From: Candidatus Staskawiczbacteria bacterium
Lineage (GTDB): Bacteria > Patescibacteriota > Minisyncoccia > Minisyncoccales > Staskawiczbacteraceae
Assembly: GCA_903835075.1 (NCBI GenBank)
Contig: CAILLM010000004.1
Location: forward strand, 16,532-80,531
DNA: 64,000 nucleotides
Direction of reading: 5' to 3'
Shown here: positions 42,373-50,797 of the stretch, piece after piece
How positions within the stretch are numbered: the stretch's first letter is position 1
How the letters are laid out: the number at the start of each line of letters is the position of its first letter
Position numbers and translations under genes: made by a program
The notes under the pieces: generated by a model
Databases searched by the model: none
What the model saw: the letters and a program-made list of their open reading frames with translations, nothing else
Told to the model about the DNA's origin: nothing

Positions 42373-44011
42373 AAAAATTCTTAATTCTCAATCAAAAAGT
42401 ATAAGCTCAGCTTCTTTAATTCTAGCTGTTTCATCTTTAATGTCAGCTGTTTTGGGTTTGTTACGAGACCGTCTTTTGGCTGGGACATTCGGTGCAGGTG
42501 ATAAGCTAGATGTCTATTATTCTGCTTTTACGGTGCCAGATTTTATTGCCTTAATTTTAATTTTTGGTGCTATATCAGCGGCAGTTATTCCAATATTTAG
42601 CGGGTATTTAATTAAATCAAAAGACGAAGCTTGGAAATATTTTTCAACTCTTTTAAATGTTTTTTTAGGGTTTTTAATTATTATTTCATTTATTTTAATA
42701 ATTTTTGCCCCATCAATTATTTCAGTGACAGCTCCTGGATTTTCGGGACAAAAAAAAGAACTGGCAATTTTGTTAATGCGTATTATGTTTTTAAGTCCAA
42801 TTATTTTGGGGGCCTCAAATATGATAAGTGGGGTTTTGCAAATTTTCCATAGATTTTTAGTGACAGCTTTGGCGCCATTATTATATAATTTGGGAATAAT
42901 AATTGGAATTGTATTTTTTGTACCAACATTTGGTTTGCAGGGTTTGGCGTGGGGGGTTGTTTTGGGTGGGGTTTTACACTTGTTAATTCAATTGCCTTCA
43001 TTATTTTTTTCTGGTTTTAGATACAAAGCAAGTTTTAATTACAAAGATCCAGGAGTGGTAAAAACAGTTAAGCTTATGGCGCCGAGGTCTTTGGGACTGG
43101 GGGCAGGGCAGTTAAACACAATTGCTACCACATCTATTGCTTCTACATTAATGGCAGGGTCTATTGCTGTTTTTAATTTGGCAAATAATTTATCATCAAT
43201 TTTGGTTAATGCCATTGCAGCTTCTGTTTCAACAGCTTCTTTCCCATCGATGTCTATGGCGTTCTTGAAAAATGAGAATGATGAATTTTTAAATAAATTT
43301 TCAAGCATATTTCGTCAAATAATTTTTTTAACAATTCCAATTAGTTTGTTGCTTTTAACTTTAAGGGCTCAAATAGTTAGAGTGGTTTTAGGTGTGGGTA
43401 AGTTTGGTTGGGCTGATACTAGATTAACAACAGCCTGCCTTGGAATACTGGCCCTAAATTTAATAGCTCAATCTATTATTCTATTTTTATCAAAGACTTT
43501 TTATGCAGCCCATAACACAAAAATTCCTGCAGTGGTTAGCGGATTGACTGTTGCATTTAATATTATTTTAAGTCTTTTGCTTGTATGGCTTGTAAGATTT
43601 TCAGCAGGATTTAGTCTGTATTTACAAAATCTTTTAAGGTTGGGAGGAGTAGCTAATGTGGGCGTAATTGCCTTATCTTTGGCTTATACAATAACAGCTG
43701 TAATTGAATGTTCTTTGCTTTTATATTTATTTAATAAAAAATTTCCAAAATTAAAAACTAAGCAAATTTTAAGTTCTTTCTATAAAATAATAACAGCTAG
43801 TTTGATAATGTTTCTTATAACTTTTGCAACAAGACAATTTTTAGGTTCTATTATAAGTTTACAAACATTTTGGGGAATATTTTTTCAATTGGTGATTTCT
43901 GGTACTGTTGGTGTTGCAGTATATGCTGTTACTACATATTTATTAAAATCTCCAGAAAACAAAGCTATTATAGATTCATTCTTAAAAAAGTTTTTATCCC
44001 AGAATAAATAA
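42365..44011 (+). CDS. murJ: Lipid II flippase MurJ (MviN)
   Basis: 14-TM MOP-family protein. SRVLGLLRDRLLAGTFGAG-type N-terminus (LGLLRDRLLAGTFGAGDKLDVYYSAF), plus PSLFFSGFRYK and MAPRSLGLGAGQLN. Confidence 0.88.
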   Translation: MFKKILNSQSKSISSASLILAVSSLMSAVLGLLRDRLLAGTFGAGDKLDVYYSAFTVPDFIALILIFGAISAAVIPIFSGYLIKSKDEAWKYFSTLLNVFLGFLIIISFILIIFAPSIISVTAPGFSGQKKELAILLMRIMFLSPIILGASNMISGVLQIFHRFLVTALAPLLYNLGIIIGIVFFVPTFGLQGLAWGVVLGGVLHLLIQLPSLFFSGFRYKASFNYKDPGVVKTVKLMAPRSLGLGAGQLNTIATTSIASTLMAGSIAVFNLANNLSSILVNAIAASVSTASFPSMSMAFLKNENDEFLNKFSSIFRQIIFLTIPISLLLLTLRAQIVRVVLGVGKFGWADTRLTTACLGILALNLIAQSIILFLSKTFYAAHNTKIPAVVSGLTVAFNIILSLLLVWLVRFSAGFSLYLQNLLRLGGVANVGVIALSLAYTITAVIECSLLLYLFNKKFPKLKTKQILSSFYKIITASLIMFLITFATRQFLGSIISLQTFWGIFFQLVISGTVGVAVYAVTTYLLKSPENKAIIDSFLKKFLSQNK

Positions 44012-44012
44012 T

Positions 44013-45815
44013 ATGCAAGAAAACATAAGAAACTTTTCAATAATTGCTCACATTGACCATGGAAAATCAACTTTAGCTGATAGGCTTTTGGAGTTGACTA
44101 ATACAATAGATAAAAAGAAAATGATGCCACAGTTTTTAGATTCAATGGATTTGGAAAGAGAAAAGGGGATTACCATAAAACTAAAAGCCATAAGAATGAA
44201 TTATAATTTTGAAGGGCAAGAGTATATCTTAAATTTAGTTGATACTCCTGGTCATGTAGATTTTTCTTATGAAGTTTCTAGATCTATGGAAGCTGTAGAG
44301 GGTGCAGTTTTATTGGTTGATGCAACCCAAGGAGTCCAAGCACAGACATTGGCGAATTTAGAATTAGCAAAGCAACAAAATTTAAAAATTATTCCAGTTA
44401 TAAACAAAATAGACAGCCCAATTGCCAATGTTGAAGAGACAGTTGAAGAGCTTTCTAATTTATTACAAATTTCTGGTGACGAAATTTTAAAAATTTCTGC
44501 CAAAAGTGGATTAAATGTGGAGCAAGTTTTAAAAACCGTTATTAAAGAAGTCCCTGCTCCAAAAGAATCAGCTATTAATGATTTCAGGGCCTTAATTTTT
44601 GATTCAGAATATGATTCTTTTAAGGGTGTTATAGCTTATGTAAGAGTTATTGATGGAGAAATTTCTAGTGGCGAAAAAATTGAATTAATGGCGACAGGTG
44701 CTTTGGCTGAGGCAAAAGAAGTAGGATATTTAAACCCTACATTTTCATCACATGGTAAAATTAAAGCAGGAGACATTGGGTATATAGCAACGGGTATAAA
44801 AGAACCTGGTAAAGTTACTGCCGGAGACACAATTATAAAAATGCAAACAGCAGCAACAAAAGGCACTGTTTCAGCTTTGCCAGGATATCAAAAACCAAAA
44901 CCAATGGTTTTTGCCAGTCTATATCCCGAAAGTCCTGATGACTTTGATTTATTAAAAGTTGCATTATCTAAATTAAAGCTTTCTGATCCTGCGCTTGTTT
45001 ATGAGCAAGAAATGAAAGAAGCTTTGGGGAGGGGTTTTAATTGTGGATTTTTAGGAACTCTTCATATAGAAATAATTTCAGAAAGATTGCAAAGAGAATT
45101 TGGTTTGGAATTAGTAATTTCCATACCATCAGTTGTTTATAAAATTTTTGATTTAAAAGGGAAAGAAACAATGATTTATTCTGCTTCAGATTGGCCAGAA
45201 AATCCTTCCTCTATAAAACACACCGAAGAGCCTTGGGTTTCTTTAGAGGTCATTGCCCCAGCAAGTCAAATGGGTAAGTTAATGGAAATTTTAAAAAGTT
45301 TAAGAGGAAATTATGTTACAACAAATTATTTAAGTGCCGAAAGAGTTATTATTGTTTTTGAAACTCCCTTGCGTGGAATAATTGCTAACCTTTACGATAA
45401 GATAAAAACAGCCAGTCAGGGCTATGCTTCAATGAGTTATAATATTTTAGGATATAGGCCAGCAAAATTAGTAAAAATGGAAATTTGGGTTGCTGGTAAA
45501 AAAGAAGAGGCTTTTTCAAGAATTGTTGCAGAAGATGAAGCTTATTTTGAAGGTAAAAAAATGGTTGAAAAACTAAAAGATGTTTTACCTCCAGAGCAAT
45601 TTTCTGTTGCCTTACAGGCAGTGATAGGGGGAAAGGTTATTGCACGAGAAACAATTAAGGCATACATGAAAGATGTGGCAGGATATTTATATGGCGGGGA
45701 TGTAACCAGAAAAAACAAACTTAGAGACAAGCAGAAAAAAGGTAAAAAATTAATGAAGCAAAAAGGAAAGGTCAATGTTCCCACGAAAGCGTTTTTAGAA
45801 GTATTTAGAGCATAA
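44013..45815 (+). CDS. lepA: Elongation factor 4 (LepA)
   Basis: IRNFSIIAHIDHGKSTLADRLL, DTPGHVDF, NKID GTPase motifs, and a LepA-specific C-terminus (KAYMKDVAGYLYGGDVTRKNKLRDKQKKGKK). Confidence 0.95.
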   Translation: MQENIRNFSIIAHIDHGKSTLADRLLELTNTIDKKKMMPQFLDSMDLEREKGITIKLKAIRMNYNFEGQEYILNLVDTPGHVDFSYEVSRSMEAVEGAVLLVDATQGVQAQTLANLELAKQQNLKIIPVINKIDSPIANVEETVEELSNLLQISGDEILKISAKSGLNVEQVLKTVIKEVPAPKESAINDFRALIFDSEYDSFKGVIAYVRVIDGEISSGEKIELMATGALAEAKEVGYLNPTFSSHGKIKAGDIGYIATGIKEPGKVTAGDTIIKMQTAATKGTVSALPGYQKPKPMVFASLYPESPDDFDLLKVALSKLKLSDPALVYEQEMKEALGRGFNCGFLGTLHIEIISERLQREFGLELVISIPSVVYKIFDLKGKETMIYSASDWPENPSSIKHTEEPWVSLEVIAPASQMGKLMEILKSLRGNYVTTNYLSAERVIIVFETPLRGIIANLYDKIKTASQGYASMSYNILGYRPAKLVKMEIWVAGKKEEAFSRIVAEDEAYFEGKKMVEKLKDVLPPEQFSVALQAVIGGKVIARETIKAYMKDVAGYLYGGDVTRKNKLRDKQKKGKKLMKQKGKVNVPTKAFLEVFRA

Positions 45816-45825
45816 AAAATTAAAA

Positions 45826-45853
45826 GCCCGCCAAAATGTTGGCGGGCTTTTTT
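45826..45853 (+). terminator. Rho-independent terminator after lepA
   Basis: gcccgccaa / ttggcgggc 9-bp stem, loop aatg, T6 run. Confidence 0.8.
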
Positions 45854-45867
45854 ATATGTAGTATAAT
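45839..45867 (+). promoter_or_regulatory. Possible promoter TTGGCG-N17-TATAAT
   Basis: -35-like ttggcg (inside the terminator 3' arm), a 17-nt spacer, and tataat at 45862-45867, 26 nt before ATG 45894. Confidence 0.35.
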
Positions 45868-45893
45868 AATAGAATATAAATAATTTTTTAAAA

Positions 45894-47249
45894 ATGAAAA
45901 TAAAAATATTTTTAATTGGAATGTTACTAATCGTGATTTTGGCTATTTCGTCTGTTGTGTCTGCGCAGGTAATGACAGAGGCACAACGTCAATCATTTAT
46001 TGCACAACTTCAAGCACAGATAGCTCAATTAACTCAGCAAATAGCTAATATTATAGCACAAAGACAAGCTAGCGATGTTGCTTGGTGTTATACTTTTAAT
46101 AATAATTTGGGGTTTGCAGATTCTGGCTCATCAGAAGTTTTAAATTTGCATACAGCTTTGCAAAAATCTGGGTTTTCTTATGTTCCTGATGGTGTAACAA
46201 CTTATTCAACGGGAACTTCTGAGGCAGTCAAACAGTTTCAAACGAAATACAAGATTAAGGCAACAACAATAGGATATTTTGGAGAAACAACTAGAACAAA
46301 ATTAAATTCACTCTATGGATGTAAATGTACTTCTTCTTGGCAGTCTGGTCCATGGAGTATTTGTGCAAATAGCATACAAACAAGAACAGTTGTTGATTTA
46401 AATAATTGCGGAACAACAACAAATAAGCCAGCAGAAAAGCAATCTTGTACAGTTAAGCCTATTGATGTTTCAGTTAATGCTTCTGATGGTCCTGTAGATA
46501 TTTTTTTAACACTGGGGACAGGGGCTAGCGTGATTAATACGGGCATTCATTTATCTACAAGTGTAAATCTGCAATGGTCTGGGCCAAGTGTTTCTTCTTG
46601 CACAGCTTCTGACTCTTTAACTCCAACATTTTTTTCAGGGTACGTGTCTGCCAGCGGTTCACAAGTGGTTAATTTATCCGGAAATATAGCAGGAGATTCA
46701 AGTACTAATAAGGTTTCTGATACTTTTAAAATAAGTTGTATTTCAACTTTAACTGGTGCTAAGGTCAATGACAGTATAACAGTAAACGTCTTTTATACTG
46801 CAAGTTCAAATTGTACCACAAGCTGGAATTGCACTGCTTGGAGTAATTGTGCTAGCGGAAAACATTCTAGAACCTGCACAGACTCTAACGGCTGTGGGTC
46901 TTTGGTAAACAAGCCTGCAGTTTCTGAGTCTTGCACAGTTGTTGCTTGCAAACCTTCTTGGCAACCTGGCTCATGGAGTGATTGTGTGGGCGGCAAACAA
47001 ACTCGAACTGTCATTGATACAAACAATTGTGGCACAACAACAGGAAAATTATCAACCAGCCAAACTTGTTGTGTAGCTAAATGCTTAGATCAGTCTGGTG
47101 ATATATGGGCCATAAGTTGTTCGGGGACTCCAACAAAATGTGCTACAGGTAAAACGTGTGAAGAAACTTATAGCACTAGCAACGTTTATGTGGATGGGGT
47201 AGTCCAAACAACAAAAACTCTAACAGGAACGCATTGCATAACCCCGTAA
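45894..47249 (+). CDS. Secreted protein with a Q-rich coiled segment, a PG-binding-like domain, three thrombospondin-type-1-like Cys/Trp repeats and an Ig-like middle region
   Basis: Signal peptide ending SVVSAQV, then AQLQAQIAQLTQQIANIIAQRQ and AVKQFQTKY...GYFGETT. Three repeats, C..SW..G.WS.C.....QTRTV.D.N.CG....K......C, lie at 46320-46448, 46812-46934 and 46947-47072. Confidence 0.8.
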   Translation: MKIKIFLIGMLLIVILAISSVVSAQVMTEAQRQSFIAQLQAQIAQLTQQIANIIAQRQASDVAWCYTFNNNLGFADSGSSEVLNLHTALQKSGFSYVPDGVTTYSTGTSEAVKQFQTKYKIKATTIGYFGETTRTKLNSLYGCKCTSSWQSGPWSICANSIQTRTVVDLNNCGTTTNKPAEKQSCTVKPIDVSVNASDGPVDIFLTLGTGASVINTGIHLSTSVNLQWSGPSVSSCTASDSLTPTFFSGYVSASGSQVVNLSGNIAGDSSTNKVSDTFKISCISTLTGAKVNDSITVNVFYTASSNCTTSWNCTAWSNCASGKHSRTCTDSNGCGSLVNKPAVSESCTVVACKPSWQPGSWSDCVGGKQTRTVIDTNNCGTTTGKLSTSQTCCVAKCLDQSGDIWAISCSGTPTKCATGKTCEETYSTSNVYVDGVVQTTKTLTGTHCITP

Positions 47250-47264
47250 ATAAATTTACAGTTT

Positions 47265-47298
47265 AAAAAAGTCCAAGATTATTTCTTGGATTTTTTTT
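47265..47298. terminator. Bidirectional terminator between convergent genes
   Basis: A6, then tccaaga-ttatt-tcttgga, then T8. Confidence 0.7.
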
Positions 47299-47317
47299 GT
47301 ATTTTCCATTTAAAAAA

Positions 47318-48745
47318 TTATACTTCGAAAGATTGGCCCATTGTGGGAATTTCTATGGGCAAGCCTGGATGAGACTTTTCCATTAAATCTTTAAAAATTG
47401 TTGCTTGGGGAAGCTCTGTATGAACTAAAAATAGTTTTTGCAAATTTTTGACGTGAGAAATATATGAAGACAAATCATTTTGGTCAGCATGAGCTGAAAA
47501 TTCATGAAGAGTCTTTACTTGAGCTCTAATATTATATTCTTTGCCATAAATTTTTATTGGCGAAACATTTTCTTGAATTTTTCTACCTAAAGTATTTTCC
47601 GCCTGATAGCCTGTAATTAAGATTATATTCTGTGGATTCTCTATGTTATTTTTTAAGTGGTGCAAAACTCTTCCGCCTTCACACATCCCAGAAGCGGAAA
47701 TTATCATCATAGGGCCAGGCTTATTGTTTAAAGATTTTGATTCTTCTATTGTGCGTACATAGGTTATATTATTTAGCAAAAATGGGGAAGCTCCGCGGTA
47801 ACCAAAATCTTTTTGAAAATTACCATTAAAGTCTGTAACATATTTGGGGAAAATGTCTGTAATTTTTTCAGCTAGTGGGCTGTCTATATAAATTGGAATT
47901 GTGGGGATTGCTTTTTGGTTTATAAGTTTATGTAAAATATAAATAATATCTTGCGTTCTGCCCAATGAAAAAGCAGGAACAATAATTTTGCCTTTATTTT
48001 TTATCACTGTTGTAATTGCCCCTCTGAAGTTACCGGTTGCATCAGAAATTGGGTTGTGATTTTTATCACCATAGGTACATTCTGTAATAAGTGTATGGAC
48101 ATCTTCTTCAATATATTGTGGAGCTGGTAAAATGGGCGAGTTATCTCTACCTAAATCTCCAGTGAAAGCTAGGGTTTTTATTACTTGCCCTGAGCTTGCC
48201 GAAGGGTCGCCCTCTTTTATCTCTACATATATTATTGCAGACCCTAAAATATGACCTGCATCATAAAGTTTAAATCGTAAATTATCATTTAAAACAGTCC
48301 ACTGGTTGCTGTGTTTAAAATAATCAATTGTTTCAAAATGTTTTACTGCATTTAAAACATCTTGTTCACTATATATCGGATAAATTTGGTCAGCAGGATT
48401 TTCTACGTGCTTGTTAAAATATAGGGCATCTTGTTTTTGAATTTCAGCAGCGTCTAGCATAATATATTTTGCTATTTCAGCTGTAGCTGGTGTGCAATAA
48501 ATTTTTCCCTCAAAGCCATTTTTTACTAAAATGGGCAAGGTACCACAGTGGTCTAAGTGCGCATGGGAAAGTATAACAGCGTTTATGTCTTTAGCTTCAA
48601 AAGGGAGGGTGCTATTAAGCTTGTTTGAATCAGCTCTTTTCCCCTGATAGAACCCACAATCTAAGAGTAAATTATAGCCATTAGTTTGTATTAAGTGTTT
48701 AGAGCCTGTTACATTCTGGTCTGCTCCCAAAAAATTTATTTTCAT
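47318..48745 (-). CDS. MBL-fold beta-CASP family hydrolase (RNase J / CPSF-like ribonuclease)
   Basis: HAHLDHCG metallo-beta-lactamase motif, beta-CASP region, and a C-terminal H (FSAHAD). It contains a GC-rich in-frame insert encoding GDPSASSGQV. Confidence 0.8.
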   Translation of the reverse strand: MKINFLGADQNVTGSKHLIQTNGYNLLLDCGFYQGKRADSNKLNSTLPFEAKDINAVILSHAHLDHCGTLPILVKNGFEGKIYCTPATAEIAKYIMLDAAEIQKQDALYFNKHVENPADQIYPIYSEQDVLNAVKHFETIDYFKHSNQWTVLNDNLRFKLYDAGHILGSAIIYVEIKEGDPSASSGQVIKTLAFTGDLGRDNSPILPAPQYIEEDVHTLITECTYGDKNHNPISDATGNFRGAITTVIKNKGKIIVPAFSLGRTQDIIYILHKLINQKAIPTIPIYIDSPLAEKITDIFPKYVTDFNGNFQKDFGYRGASPFLLNNITYVRTIEESKSLNNKPGPMMIISASGMCEGGRVLHHLKNNIENPQNIILITGYQAENTLGRKIQENVSPIKIYGKEYNIRAQVKTLHEFSAHADQNDLSSYISHVKNLQKLFLVHTELPQATIFKDLMEKSHPGLPIEIPTMGQSFEV

Positions 48746-48871
48746 TTATTTAGTAATTTAATTATCTTAAGCCATTTTAACATAGTGGAGCATAATATGC
48801 GAAACGAAATGTATCTTGATTGGATTAAATTTTTGTGTTAGAGTAATACTATTACGAATTAACGTAATTCG

Positions 48872-48942
48872 TGGGCCGTGGAGGAGTAGTACCTCGGCAG
48901 TCTCATAAGCTGCAGGCCCCCGTGCAATTCGGGGCGGCCCAA
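48872..48942 (+). tRNA. Atypical tRNA-like gene with anticodon CAU (Met/Ile2 class); no encoded CCA
   Basis: Hand-folded cloverleaf. Acceptor tgggccg/cggccca, D stem gagg/cctc, anticodon stem gcagt/gctgc with loop cuCAUaa, T stem ccccg/cgggg. The D-loop (aguagua) lacks GG and the T-loop reads ugcaauu instead of uuc..., so it may be a degenerate tRNA or tRNA-like element. Confidence 0.5.
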
Positions 48943-49032
48943 CACTTCGACTCGCTTCGCTCGTTCAGTGCAGGCATTTGTCTATTCATTAATTATTTGT
49001 TATTAAAAGTAAATACTTAATGAGTCGAAGTG
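48943..49032. repeat. 11-bp perfect inverted repeat cacttcgactc / gagtcgaagtg flanking an AT-rich 68-nt spacer
   Basis: The arms at 48943-48953 and 49022-49032 are exact reverse complements. The repeat lies between the tRNA-like gene and the GIY-YIG ORF. Confidence 0.8.
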
Positions 49033-49059
49033 CCCTGAGCTTGTCGAAGGGCGTTCATT

Positions 49060-49320
49060 ATGGAAAAATGGTTTACATATATTATTGAATGTGAGGATAA
49101 AAGTTTGTATACTGGATGTACAAATAATTTACAACGTAGGTTTGAGAATCACCGATCGGGAAATGGCGGCAGGTATACTGCTTCGCATAAAGTAGTAAAA
49201 ATTTTATTTTTTGAAGAATGTCAAAGTAGAAGTGAAGCGTTAAAGAGAGAATCACAAATAAAGGGATGGCCACGAAGTAAAAAATTGCAGCTTATTGAGA
49301 GTCATAAAATGCCGGGGTAG
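49060..49320 (+). CDS. Stand-alone GIY-YIG nuclease domain protein (UPF0213/YhbQ-like)
   Basis: WFTYIIECEDKSLYTGCTNNLQRRFENH ... SRSEALKRESQIKGW: GIY-YIG motifs (YIIE / YTG), conserved R, and E. The stop codon lies inside the first 10 nt of the next tRNA. Confidence 0.8.
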   Translation: MEKWFTYIIECEDKSLYTGCTNNLQRRFENHRSGNGGRYTASHKVVKILFFEECQSRSEALKRESQIKGWPRSKKLQLIESHKMPG

Positions 49321-49384
49321 CTCAGTTGGTGAGAGCGCAACACTCATAACGTTGAGGTCGTGGGTTCGACTCCCACCCTCGGCA
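49311..49384 (+). tRNA. tRNA with anticodon CAU (elongator Met or Ile2/lysidine type); no encoded CCA
   Basis: Canonical cloverleaf. Acceptor gccgggg/cctcggc, D arm gctc-agttggtga-gagc, anticodon loop cuCAUaa, T arm gtggg-ttcgact-cccac. It lacks the initiator hallmarks (no C1xA72, no 3 G-C pairs in the anticodon stem). Confidence 0.85.
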
Positions 49385-49469
49385 CAAATAAGATTGAAAA
49401 TTTATCGCCTGTCGCCTACGCGAATTTGCGGGCTTTGCCTCGCCGAAGGTTCGCTATGGCGAACCACAG

Positions 49470-49548
49470 GCGGGCATAGTCCAGCCTGGTTTAAGACGCC
49501 TCCCTGTCACGGAGGAGATCGGGGGTTCAAATCCCCCTGCCCGCGCCA
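49470..49548 (+). tRNA. tRNA-Asp (GUC) with encoded CCA
   Basis: Acceptor gcgggca/tgcccgc, anticodon stem cctcc/ggagg with loop cuGUCac, T arm ggggg-ttcaaat-ccccc, 3' gCCA. The D-loop is long (11 nt). Confidence 0.85.
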
Positions 49549-49583
49549 TCAGTTTTAGTATCTAGTGATGCTGAGACCGTAGA

Positions 49584-49611
49584 AAAACCACCTTTTAATA
49601 GAGGTGGTTTT
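49584..49611 (+). terminator. Rho-independent terminator after the tRNA cluster
   Basis: aaaaccacc / ggtggtttt stem with a 10-nt loop and trailing Ts. Confidence 0.6.
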
Positions 49612-49699
49612 AGTTTGACTTTTATTTAATTTCGTTGTAATCTCTACATACCCACAACGTGGTGTTTTGGGCGAACTTTGAAAGAACAATAACGATGAA

Positions 49700-50000
49700 A
49701 AAGAATATTGTAATTTTTTCAATAACGGTATTAACGTATATAGCTAATGTAGGAGCAACTTCGACCATTTTTGATAGAGGCAAGCAACGCGGCGGTGTTC
49801 TTCGTAGAGCCCTTCTTGGACTCACCTTCGATGGCGGCGGATGTGGTGGCGATGGGCGCGATCAGCGCCCATGACTGGTATTTTCTCATGGCCGTTGTAT
49901 TTTATTGTTTGGCGCTGGTCCACCTGGACTTCCTACGAGGAATCAGTGGTCGCAACCATAAAGTCCTAAAATACTTAGAACCTTGTGGTTGCGACCAGTA
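49700..50000. other. GC-richer unassigned segment with mutually overlapping short ORFs; possible gene remnant
   Basis: Three track ORFs in different frames and strands overlap here, and none is recognisable. An unlisted 56-codon - strand ORF (start 49889) begins MRKYQSWALIAPIATTSAA (signal-peptide-like). The segment contains a 12-bp inverted repeat. Confidence 0.3.
49947..49997. repeat. 12-bp perfect inverted repeat tggtcgcaacca / tggttgcgacca
   Basis: Arms at 49947-49958 and 49986-49997, with a 27-nt loop. Confidence 0.8.
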
Positions 50001-50106
50001 AGAGATTGTTGTTAATGAACTATGCTAAACATTATATTAAGTCTATAAAAAACAAAATAACATGTCAAGAGTTGTCGGCCCAAAAATTATTTGGTAGAAT
50101 AAAAAT

Positions 50107-50745
50107 ATGAAAAAAGAAACTTTAATAACAATTGTTGCAATAATTATAATTATTGCATGCATAATTGTTGGAGTAGTATATGTGGTAAAGCCCAACCAGC
50201 AACCTACAAATACTGCCACGCCAACAACAAATAATCAGCCAGCAAATAATTCAACAACAAAAAATATGCAACACACAATAACAATAAAAACAAATATGGG
50301 TGACATAAGTTTTGTAACTTACGACGGTGACGCCCCAAACACAGTTAAAAATTTTATAACTTTAGCAGAAAAAGGTTTTTATAATGGCTTAACATTCCAC
50401 AGGGTTATTCCAGGTTTTATGATTCAGGGCGGTGACCCCGTAGGCAATGGTACTGGCGGTCCAGGGTATAAATTTGATGATGAATTAAATCCACAAACAG
50501 ATTCTTATAAAGCAGGGTATAAAAAAGGAGTTGTGGCAATGGCTAACGCCGGACCAAACACCAACGGTAGTCAGTTTTTCATAATGGTGTCTGATTATCC
50601 TTTACCAAATAATTATACAATTTTTGGTAAAGTAGTTTTGGGGCAAGATGTGGCAGACGCAATTTCAAAAGTGCAGACTGGGTCAAATGATATGCCAGCT
50701 TCAAAAGTCACAATGGAAAAAGTCACAGTAACCGAAAATAAATAA
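50107..50745 (+). CDS. ppiB: Membrane-anchored cyclophilin-type peptidyl-prolyl cis-trans isomerase
   Basis: N-terminal TM helix, a T/N/P-rich linker, then FHRVIPGFMIQGGDP, GGPGYKFDDE, MANAGPNTNGSQFFI. Confidence 0.9.
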   Translation: MKKETLITIVAIIIIIACIIVGVVYVVKPNQQPTNTATPTTNNQPANNSTTKNMQHTITIKTNMGDISFVTYDGDAPNTVKNFITLAEKGFYNGLTFHRVIPGFMIQGGDPVGNGTGGPGYKFDDELNPQTDSYKAGYKKGVVAMANAGPNTNGSQFFIMVSDYPLPNNYTIFGKVVLGQDVADAISKVQTGSNDMPASKVTMEKVTVTENK

Positions 50746-50776
50746 AAAAATGTCCGGCGATTTGCGGTCGCCGGAC
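50744..50776 (-). terminator. Rho-independent terminator of the GH16 gene (- strand)
   Basis: gtccggcga / tcgccggac 9-bp GC stem. On the - strand it is followed by a T-run (the complement of the aaaaaaa at 50744-50750). Confidence 0.7.
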
Positions 50777-50797
50777 CTGTTAGGAGTTTGAAGTACG

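Noticed and set aside
49295-49558. 87-aa + strand ORF spanning both tRNA genes
   Set aside because: Its sequence is the translation of tRNA(CAU), the GC-rich spacer and tRNA-Asp. It is an artefact.
49900-50000. Possible SRP (4.5S) RNA or other small ncRNA in the GC-rich segment (contains AGGAAG and GGUCC-like strings)
   Set aside because: I could not fold the conserved helix-8 motif (a GNAR tetraloop closing GGUCC/GGAAGCAGCC-type symmetric and asymmetric loops) on either strand. The resemblance is limited to short strings.
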